Below are positions 56,729 through 64,000 of a stretch of DNA of 64,000 nt, in pieces. The number at the start of each line of letters is the position of its first letter. The first letter of the stretch is position 1. Both the position numbers and the translations under genes were made by a program. The DNA lies in the NCBI GenBank assembly GCA_020161535.1, contig JAIUNW010000008.1:73908-137907 (forward strand). Direction: 5' to 3'. The stretch comes from Bacteroidota bacterium (GTDB taxonomy: Bacteria > Bacteroidota > Bacteroidia > Chitinophagales > Chitinophagaceae). The notes beneath the pieces were generated by a model, which was given only the letters and a program-made list of their open reading frames with translations, was not told the origin of the DNA and did no database searches.

Positions 56729-57667
56729 TTAGGCGTTGTTTTGGAAGCGATAGCCACGAAGAAAATCCTGCACCGGCATCTTCTTTTTTCCTTGAAGCTG
56801 GATTTCTTGTAAGGAAAGATAACCGTCTGCAGCGGCAAATTTCAGGAAAGTTTTATTGTCGGTCAACCACTCACCCGCCGCAACCGTTGGTGTTTGTTGT
56901 TCCATAACGGCGTCGAATATGCGCAATGTTTTTCCCTCCAATGCAGTAAATGCGGCGGGATAAGGGGAGAGTCCGCGGACCAAATTATACAGCTCCTGCA
57001 CCGGTTTATGCCAGTTGATCCTGGCAGTTTCTGTAAATAATTTAGGCGCATGTTTGAGCAAGCTGTTGTCTGCCGACTGGGGCTTCTCAACAAGGCTGCC
57101 TGCTGCCAATTCTTTAATCGTTGTTACCAGGGTTTCTGCACCCAATACCATCATGCGATCGTGTACCGAGCCTGCATTTTCATGGGGGCCAATTGGCATT
57201 GTTTTTTGCAGAAGCAGGTTGCCGGTATCGATGGCATGTTGTAGCTTAAAAGTAGTGACACCGGTTTGGGTTTCGCCGTTGATCACCGCCCAGTTGATGG
57301 GTGCAGCGCCACGGTATTGCGGCAGCAGCGAACCGTGTACATTGATCGTGCCCATGGGCGGTGCATTCCAAACCACTTCAGGCAACATGCGAAAGGCGAC
57401 AACTACTTGCAGGTCGGCTTTCCAACGCGCCAGGGAATCGAGAAACGCAGGGTCACGCAGTTTTTCGGGCTGTAAAACGGGCAGGTTGTGTTCGGTAGCA
57501 TACTGCTTTATGGCGCTCTGTTGCAACTGCATTCCACGACCGGCAGGTTTATCGGGCGCGGTCACCACGCCAACTACCTGGCAGCCGGCGGCACAAAGCG
57601 CATCGAGCGATGCCACTGCAAAGGCCGGGGTCCCCATAAACACAATCCGGATATCTCTATAATTCAT
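56729..57667 (-). CDS. fmt: Methionyl-tRNA formyltransferase
   Basis: RIVFMGTPAFAV and HGSLLPQYRGAAPINWA. The start is set at MNYRDIR (rc ATG 57665-57667). The upstream 151 codons of the track ORF overlap the FKBP gene. Confidence 0.9.
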   Translation of the reverse strand: MNYRDIRIVFMGTPAFAVASLDALCAAGCQVVGVVTAPDKPAGRGMQLQQSAIKQYATEHNLPVLQPEKLRDPAFLDSLARWKADLQVVVAFRMLPEVVWNAPPMGTINVHGSLLPQYRGAAPINWAVINGETQTGVTTFKLQHAIDTGNLLLQKTMPIGPHENAGSVHDRMMVLGAETLVTTIKELAAGSLVEKPQSADNSLLKHAPKLFTETARINWHKPVQELYNLVRGLSPYPAAFTALEGKTLRIFDAVMEQQTPTVAAGEWLTDNKTFLKFAAADGYLSLQEIQLQGKKKMPVQDFLRGYRFQNNA

Positions 57668-57745
57668 CGTCTTGTAAACCAATATTTTAAAGTTCCAAAG
57701 ATAAACGCCTGTTTCCGTAGCTTTACCGCTCAAAAAATAAAAATT

Positions 57746-58201
57746 ATGGAACAAGTAAAGGCTGGCGATACGGTAAAGGTTCATTACCATGGCCGCTTGA
57801 CCGATGGCACTACATTCGATAGCAGCGAAGGTCGCGATCCCCTGGAATTTGAAGTGGGTGGAGGAATGGTGATTGCCGGTTTTGACAATGGTGTTTTGGG
57901 TATGTCGGTGGGTGATAAACGCACGGTGAATATTCCGGTTGAAGAAGCATATGGTCCCAAGAACCCCGAAATGATTATTGAGTTTCCGAAAGACCAGGTG
58001 CCCGACGGAATGCCATTGGAAAAAGGTATGCGCCTGAACCTGAACAATAGCCAGGGACAGGTAGTGCCGGTGGTGGTTACCGATGTGCAGGATGATCTTA
58101 TTATTCTTGATGCCAATCATCCGTTGGCAGGTGAGGCATTGGTGTTTGATATTGAGGTAGTCGGTATCACGCCGAAGCCGGGAATGATTATCATGCCCTA
58201 A
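57746..58201 (+). CDS. FKBP-type peptidyl-prolyl isomerase (SlyD-like)
   Basis: VKVHYHGRLTDGTTFDSS and FEVGGGMVIAGFDNGVLGMSVGDKR, with an IF-domain insertion. The start is at ATG 57746. Confidence 0.85.
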   Translation: MEQVKAGDTVKVHYHGRLTDGTTFDSSEGRDPLEFEVGGGMVIAGFDNGVLGMSVGDKRTVNIPVEEAYGPKNPEMIIEFPKDQVPDGMPLEKGMRLNLNNSQGQVVPVVVTDVQDDLIILDANHPLAGEALVFDIEVVGITPKPGMIIMP

Positions 58202-58222
58202 GCATTTAAATAAATACGCACA

Positions 58223-58252
58223 AGTGATCCGGCCCGCCGGATCACTTTTTTT
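58223..58252 (+). terminator. Rho-independent terminator
   Basis: AGTGATCCGG-CCCG-CCGGATCACT followed by TTTTTT. Confidence 0.7.
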
Positions 58253-58328
58253 ACGCCATCAACCTTCGCGCCGCCACAACAAAGGCATTTCAAATGATGT
58301 ATATTTAGGCACCAGCCAAACGATACAC

Positions 58329-61079
58329 ATGCGAACAACTGCTTTTGTCAAACAACTGCTGCTTCTTTTATTGTTGCACTGCTTCTATACTACGCAGGCG
58401 CAAACCATTCCCACCGAAAAAGAAATATTCGGCTTCACCATCGGCGATGATTATAAACTCGCCAATTACACCCAAACCGAAAAATATTTCAAAGCCATTG
58501 CAGCCGCTTCCGATCGCGTTAAGTTGGTTGATATTGGCGCTACTGAAGAAGGCAGAAGGCAATACATGATGATTGTTTCTTCGCCCGAAAACATGCGCCG
58601 GCTGGAGGAATACAAAGCCATTTCGCAACAACTGGCGCGGGCTGAAAATACCAGCGACGAAGAAGCAAAAGCCCTTGCAGAAAAAGGAAAAGCGATTGTG
58701 TGGATTGATGGTGGTATTCATGCTACGGAAGTAGTGGGAACCCACCAGTTGATCAAAACCATCACTGAATTTGTGAACCGCAAAGACCCCGAAACGCTTC
58801 GCATACTCGACAACGTTATTATTCTGTTTACGCATATCAATCCCGACGGACAAGAACTGGTATCTAACTGGTATATGCGCAACGCAGATAGCAGTAAACG
58901 GAATGCAGAAGTGCCGCGCTTATACCAGAAATACATTGGGCACGACAATAACCGCGACTACTACATGATGAATATGAAGGAAACGCAGAATGTTAGCAGA
59001 CAATTGTTCATTGAATGGTTGCCACAGATCATGTACAACCATCACCAGACTGGCCCTGCGGGATCAGTGGTTGCTGGTCCGCCGTACCGCGATCCCTTCA
59101 ATTATGTGTACGATCCGCTGGTGATTACCGGTATCGAATCCATCGGCGCTGCGATGCAAAACCGACTCAACCAGGAAGGCAAACCGGGTTTCACCAAACG
59201 CGCCGGCTCGGTGTATTCCACCTGGTGGAACGGCGGACTGCGAACCACGCCCTATTTTCACAACATGATCGGACTGCTGACGGAAATGATCGGGAGTCCG
59301 ACGCCCTCGCAAGTGCCACTGGTGCCCGATCGCCTGATTCCTTCCGATGCCAATCCCAATCCCATCCATCCGCAGAAATGGTTTTTTAAAAACTCGATGG
59401 ATTATTCTCTCTCGTTGAACTATGCAGTACTTGACTATGCGGCTCGCCAGCGCAGCCTGTTGTTGTACAATATTTACCAGATGGGAAAGAATGCCATCGC
59501 CAAAGGCAGTGCCGACAACTGGACCAATTACCCGCGTTATGCCGATTCAGTGTATGCTTTGTACCAGCGTGATTCGGCGGCCAAAGCCGTGCCGCGAAGT
59601 ACCGGTGCAAACGCTGCTTCTATTCCGGCTGTTTATTACGATAAAGTTTTTAAGAACGATGCGTACAAAGATGCGCGGTATTATGTTATTCCAATTGATC
59701 AACCCGATTTTGCAACGGCTACCCGTTTCATCAACGCGCTGTTATGGTCGGGCATCAAAGTGATGAAAGCGGCGGCTGATTTTATGGTGGGTGAAAAGGA
59801 ATATCGCGCCGGATCTTATGTTGTTTCTACTGCGCAGGCGTTTCGCGCGCATGTGTTGGATATGTTTGAACCGCAGGATCATCCCAACGATCTTGAATAT
59901 CCCGGCGGACCGCCCGTGCGGCCTTATGATGCCGCCGGCTGGACACTTGCTTATCAAATGGGTGTACAATTTGATCGCTATACCACCACCATCAACGGAA
60001 ATTTTGCTGCGATTCCGTATGGCGAGATACAAGCTTTTGTGCCTGCGCCTTTTGCTGGCAGGGGCAAAGCATTTTCGATTCCTGCTTCGCAGAACAATGC
60101 ATTTATAGTGGTGAATGATTTGTTGAAAGCAGGTATTGAAGTAAAACGAACAAGTCTTGCCAGTAACGGCGCCGCGGCGGGGGATTTTATTGTGCCTGCA
60201 ACAGGGAAAGCAATGGGTATTGTAGAAACAGCAGCCCGAAAATGGGGCTTGCAGGTGAAGCCTTTGTCAACCCTGCCTGCTGCATTGGTCAGCATCAAAC
60301 CCGCACGAATCGGCATCTGGAATACTTATGGCGGCTCGATGACGGCCGGGTGGTTGCAATGGTTAACCGAGCAATATCATTTTACCGATGTGCGCTTTGT
60401 ATATTCAAAAGAAATTGACCAGGGTGCGCTCGACAAAAAGTTTGATATCATTGTGTTTAATGGATCAGCCATTCCGGCGGTAGGGCAGGAAAAATTGCCC
60501 ACCAGTGCCTGGTCGGCCAAGCCCAAAGAAGCCGATCTGCCGGAAGAATATAAATCATGGGTGGGCGTACTAACGACCAGTAAGTCGGTGCCGGTATTGC
60601 GCCAGTTTATTGAAAATGGCGGCACGGTGATTACACTGGGTGGCAGCGCCAACCTGGCTTACCAGTTAAGCCTGCCGGTGGAAGATCATCTTACGGAGTT
60701 CAACAAAGATGGTAAAAAAGCTCCGCTGCCTTCTACGCGCTTTTACATACCCGGCAGTATTTTACAGGAGCATATCGACAGTACACAGTTGTCCAATTTT
60801 GGTATGTCGTCGCAATCGGCTATTTATTTCGCTAATAACCCGGTGTTCAGCATTCATGTGGGCGCAACAGATATCACGGCTCTTAGTTGGTTTTCGACGG
60901 ATAAGCCCCTGCGAAGCGGTTGGGCCTGGGGACAATCGTACTTGCGCAACGGTGTTAGTTCTTTTGAAGCAAGGGTTAAGAAGGGAAAGCTAGTAGTGTT
61001 TGGGCACGATGTGGTGTTTCGCGGACAATCGCATGCCGGTTTCAAGCGGCTGTTTAATAATTTCTATCTCTATCGGTGA
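58329..61079 (+). CDS. M14-family metallocarboxypeptidase-like protein, large secreted form
   Basis: Signal peptide from MRTTAFVKQLLLLLLL. HATE zinc motif and FTHINPDG. Long C-terminal extension. Confidence 0.75.
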   Translation: MRTTAFVKQLLLLLLLHCFYTTQAQTIPTEKEIFGFTIGDDYKLANYTQTEKYFKAIAAASDRVKLVDIGATEEGRRQYMMIVSSPENMRRLEEYKAISQQLARAENTSDEEAKALAEKGKAIVWIDGGIHATEVVGTHQLIKTITEFVNRKDPETLRILDNVIILFTHINPDGQELVSNWYMRNADSSKRNAEVPRLYQKYIGHDNNRDYYMMNMKETQNVSRQLFIEWLPQIMYNHHQTGPAGSVVAGPPYRDPFNYVYDPLVITGIESIGAAMQNRLNQEGKPGFTKRAGSVYSTWWNGGLRTTPYFHNMIGLLTEMIGSPTPSQVPLVPDRLIPSDANPNPIHPQKWFFKNSMDYSLSLNYAVLDYAARQRSLLLYNIYQMGKNAIAKGSADNWTNYPRYADSVYALYQRDSAAKAVPRSTGANAASIPAVYYDKVFKNDAYKDARYYVIPIDQPDFATATRFINALLWSGIKVMKAAADFMVGEKEYRAGSYVVSTAQAFRAHVLDMFEPQDHPNDLEYPGGPPVRPYDAAGWTLAYQMGVQFDRYTTTINGNFAAIPYGEIQAFVPAPFAGRGKAFSIPASQNNAFIVVNDLLKAGIEVKRTSLASNGAAAGDFIVPATGKAMGIVETAARKWGLQVKPLSTLPAALVSIKPARIGIWNTYGGSMTAGWLQWLTEQYHFTDVRFVYSKEIDQGALDKKFDIIVFNGSAIPAVGQEKLPTSAWSAKPKEADLPEEYKSWVGVLTTSKSVPVLRQFIENGGTVITLGGSANLAYQLSLPVEDHLTEFNKDGKKAPLPSTRFYIPGSILQEHIDSTQLSNFGMSSQSAIYFANNPVFSIHVGATDITALSWFSTDKPLRSGWAWGQSYLRNGVSSFEARVKKGKLVVFGHDVVFRGQSHAGFKRLFNNFYLYR

Positions 61080-61089
61080 ATCAGATCCG

Positions 61090-61878
61090 TTAAAGATCGA
61101 CTTGTTTATTGGCTGTGAACCTGGCAAACAATAACACCAACAATATAAGGGTGGCAGTAGTTATTACCGAACCCTCTATGCCGAATTCGCCGCCCGTCAA
61201 TAATGTATTGTTGCCAAATTCGGCACTGCAAAATGAAGGAAGGGTAAGCCCGCTGACGGCATACCCCAGCACCGGTCCCTGTAAAAAATTCCAGCAGAAA
61301 TGCAGGCAAATACCAAACCACAATCCGCGGTTAAATATATATCGTATGCCCAACAGACAACCTGCGAGAAATACATTCAGCATCGGCAGCCAGCTCGCAC
61401 CGGGATTGGCCGCATGAAAAATAGCAAACACCAATGCGGACAATAACAAAGCGACATAGGGCCGCATAAAACGCAGCAGGTTACGCAATATATAGCCACG
61501 AAAAACAAGTTCTTCGGCAAGTGCCACCATTATCATCAATACCAGGGACGAAAAAAAACTTGTTGCTGCAAAATGAAAGCCAGTGTAGCGCAATTGATGC
61601 GCAGCCATCATGGTGAGAGAAATGATCGCGAGCATGCTGATGGCCGTTAGGGCGCCTAATATCGCTTCTGACGCGGCGCCGCGGCTTTGAAAGCCCAGTA
61701 CAGAAAGTTTCTGTTGATCAATTGAAACGGTGAATATTCCTACAAGTAGCAAAGAGAGTAAAAAAGAACAGGTAAAATGCAAAAACAGGCCGGGTTGCAA
61801 CAAGGCGATGGTCATCTGTAAAAGCAGATAAACCAGCAGGAACAACACTATGCGCATCCACCCGGAAAGGATTGGCAT
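61090..61878 (-). CDS. CPBP-family intramembrane glutamic endopeptidase (CAAX protease-like)
   Basis: EELVFRGY and FAIFH motifs in a polytopic protein. The start is set at MPILSGW. The start is uncertain. Confidence 0.7.
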   Translation of the reverse strand: MPILSGWMRIVLFLLVYLLLQMTIALLQPGLFLHFTCSFLLSLLLVGIFTVSIDQQKLSVLGFQSRGAASEAILGALTAISMLAIISLTMMAAHQLRYTGFHFAATSFFSSLVLMIMVALAEELVFRGYILRNLLRFMRPYVALLLSALVFAIFHAANPGASWLPMLNVFLAGCLLGIRYIFNRGLWFGICLHFCWNFLQGPVLGYAVSGLTLPSFCSAEFGNNTLLTGGEFGIEGSVITTATLILLVLLFARFTANKQVDL

Positions 61879-61911
61879 CAAAAGATTAATTTGCCCGAAA
61901 TTATTGTTTTC

Positions 61912-63159
61912 ATGGCCATTTCTTATCAGCATACTGTATTGGACCGGTTTCTCACCTATGTAAAAATTGATACGCAGAGTGATCCATTCAGTGATCGCTT
62001 TCCCAGTACGGAAAAACAAAAAGACCTGGCGCGTTTGCTGGTGAGCCAGTTACAGACATTGGGTTATGCAGATGCCGAAATGGATGCCAACGGCTATGTA
62101 TATGCTACCATACCATCAAATGTGCAACAGGAAGTGCCCGTGCTTTGTTTTTGTGCACATATGGATACCGCGCCCGATTGCAGTGGCAAGGGTGTAAAGC
62201 CCATTGTGCATTACCGGTATGATGGCCGTGATTTGGTGTTACCAGATGATCAGTCACAGGTGATTCGCGTCGCTGATCATCCTTATCTCGCAGAAAAGAT
62301 CGGTGATGATATTGTTACGGCATCGGGTACTACTTTGTTGGGGGCAGACGATAAAGCCGGTGTGGCCATCATTATGGACCTGGCTGCTTGTCTCGCTTCT
62401 AACAAGCAGTTGCCCCACGGAAAAATCCGGTTGCTATTCACGCCCGATGAAGAAGTGGGCCGGGGTGTCGATAAACTTGATATGCAGAAATTGGGCGCTG
62501 ATTTTGGGTATACCCTCGATGCCGGCGAGGCAGGTAGTGTAGAGACAGAAAACTTTTCGGCCAATGGGTTTACGGTCGAATTTTATGGTATTGCAGCACA
62601 CCCGGGATCGGCCAAAGGAAAAATGATCAATGCCATTAAGCTGGCTGCGCAATTCATAGACAAGCTGCCTGGCGACGAGCTATCCCCCGAAACCACCAGC
62701 GATCGGCAAGGCTTTGTGCATCCTGTTCATATCAGTGGCCATGCAGAAAAAGCAACGCTGCAGTTTATACTGCGCGATTTCAACACAGCAAAACTGGATG
62801 CGTTTGCTGCCATGTTGCAAGGCCTGGCCGATGAAGTTGTCAATGCCCATCCGGGATCGCGGGCGGTTTACCAGGTGAAAGAACAGTATCGAAATATGGT
62901 TGAGGTGATTGGCCGCAACAGTCGCCAGGTGACCCTGGCCGAAGAAGCCATCCGGCGGGTGGGCCTGCAACCCCGAAGCCTGCCCATCAGGGGTGGTACC
63001 GATGGGGCGCGACTCAGTTTTATGGGGCTTCCCTGCCCGAATCTTTTTACCGGCGAAATGGCGTTGCACAGTTGCCAGGAGTATGTGAGTGTGCAAGACA
63101 TGCAGCAAAGTGTGAATATGCTGGTAGAACTCGTGCAGCTATGGGCATTACCGAATTAA
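61912..63159 (+). CDS. pepT: Peptidase T (tripeptide aminopeptidase)
   Basis: LDRFLTYVKIDTQSD, CAHMDTAPD, GADDKAG and TPDEEVG. M20B layout. Confidence 0.9.
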   Translation: MAISYQHTVLDRFLTYVKIDTQSDPFSDRFPSTEKQKDLARLLVSQLQTLGYADAEMDANGYVYATIPSNVQQEVPVLCFCAHMDTAPDCSGKGVKPIVHYRYDGRDLVLPDDQSQVIRVADHPYLAEKIGDDIVTASGTTLLGADDKAGVAIIMDLAACLASNKQLPHGKIRLLFTPDEEVGRGVDKLDMQKLGADFGYTLDAGEAGSVETENFSANGFTVEFYGIAAHPGSAKGKMINAIKLAAQFIDKLPGDELSPETTSDRQGFVHPVHISGHAEKATLQFILRDFNTAKLDAFAAMLQGLADEVVNAHPGSRAVYQVKEQYRNMVEVIGRNSRQVTLAEEAIRRVGLQPRSLPIRGGTDGARLSFMGLPCPNLFTGEMALHSCQEYVSVQDMQQSVNMLVELVQLWALPN

Positions 63160-63192
63160 ATAGTTAGCCTATATTAGCGCAAATCAACGACC

Positions 63193-64000
63193 ATGGGTTC
63201 TTTTCTTGCCAGTAATTGGTGGCTATTTATTATTGTCATTATTGTTTTGATGGGATTAAAAACCGTCAACCAGGGTGTGGTTGGCGTGGTGACGATGTTT
63301 GGAAAATATCGTCGCATACTTCATCCGGGACTCAACCTGATCATTCCGTTTGTAGAGCAGATATCCAAAAGAGTGTCGGTGCAGAACCGATCGATAGAAA
63401 TGGAATTCCAGGCCGTTACCGCCGACCAGGCCAATGTGTATTTCAAAAACATGTTGTTGTTCTCGGTGCAGAACAGCGATGAGGAAACCATCAAAAAAGT
63501 GGCGTTCAAATTTATTTCGGAGCGAGACCTCATGCAGGCTTTGTCGAGAACCATTGAAGGCACCGTGCGTTCTTTTGTGGCTACCAAGCGCCAGGCAGAG
63601 ATACTGGGTTTGCGCCGGGAAATTGTTGAGTATGTAAAAGAACAGATCGATCAGTTGCTCGAAGAATGGGGCTATCACCTGCAAGACCTGCAGATCAATG
63701 ATATCACGTTTGATCCGGTGATCCTGGAGTCGATGAGCAGGGTCGTGGCCTCCAATAACCTGAAGGCTGCGGCCGAAAACGAAGGCCAGGCATTGCTCAT
63801 CACCAAAACCAAATCGGCCGAAGCCGAGGGCAACGCCATCAAAATTGCCGCCGAAGCCGAGCGGGAAGCCGCCCGCCTGCGTGGCCAGGGTGTGGCTTTG
63901 TTCAGAGAAGAAGTGGCCAAGGGTATGACCGAAGCGGCCGACCGGATGCGCCAGGCCAACCTAGATACCAATGTCATCCTGTTCAGTATGTGGACAGAAG
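63193..64000 (+). CDS. SPFH/band-7 domain protein, C-terminus cut by the window edge
   Basis: My translation from ATG 63193 reads MGSFLASNWWLFIIVIIVLMGLKTVNQGVVGVVTMFGKYRRILHPGLNLIIPF..., followed by an Ala/Glu-rich coiled coil. It is absent from the track because no stop lies in the window. Confidence 0.8.
   Translation, partial: MGSFLASNWWLFIIVIIVLMGLKTVNQGVVGVVTMFGKYRRILHPGLNLIIPFVEQISKRVSVQNRSIEMEFQAVTADQANVYFKNMLLFSVQNSDEETIKKVAFKFISERDLMQALSRTIEGTVRSFVATKRQAEILGLRREIVEYVKEQIDQLLEEWGYHLQDLQINDITFDPVILESMSRVVASNNLKAAAENEGQALLITKTKSAEAEGNAIKIAAEAEREAARLRGQGVALFREEVAKGMTEAADRMRQANLDTNVILFSMWTE

Noticed and set aside
56729-58120. The 463-aa track ORF implies a very long N-terminal extension of fmt.
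   Set aside because: Codons upstream of MNYRDIRIVFMGTP (57668-58120) are His/Asn/Phe-rich nonsense lying antisense to the well-supported FKBP gene. Fmt starts at 57667.

Overview
This is a dense 64-kb chromosomal segment of about 55 CDS. It looks like Bacteroidota, probably Chitinophagia- or Sphingobacteriia-like. The signs are a T9SS-type C-terminal sorting domain, a TonB-dependent receptor, GIN/DUF2807 and DUF4954-type proteins, a TAnnTTTG-type -7 promoter box, and no obvious Shine-Dalgarno sites. All family calls come from reading motifs in the supplied translations and in my own translations of the two edge ORFs. No searches were run.

Most of the window is housekeeping: ispH, ddl, era, der, glmS, fmt, pepT, mgtE, trxA, htrA, an initiator tRNA-fMet, an RND efflux operon, and several glycosidases and peptidases. 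I saw no CRISPR array, transposase, integrase or recognisable defence or toxin gene.

The parts that deserve a second look:
1. A bphO-bphP pair whose phytochrome is a bare PAS-GAF-PHY photosensory core with no output domain.
2. An nrtR-nadV-prs NAD salvage operon.
3. An imuA-imuB-dnaE2 mutagenesis cassette, preceded by an AT-rich leader and a perfect 11-1-11 palindrome that abuts the imuA start codon.
4. A roughly 2.5-kb AT-rich islet between dnaE2 and ispH. It carries a tandemly duplicated 7TM membrane protein, an orphan HisKA_3-type histidine kinase whose start overlaps the 7TM gene, and a decayed relic of a second kinase copy.
5. A TPP riboswitch driving a TonB-dependent receptor.
6. A glmS-DUF4954 operon.
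7. Several small operator-like repeats.

None of these amounts to a demonstrably new multi-gene system. The 7TM/kinase islet and the output-less phytochrome are my best candidates for undescribed biology.
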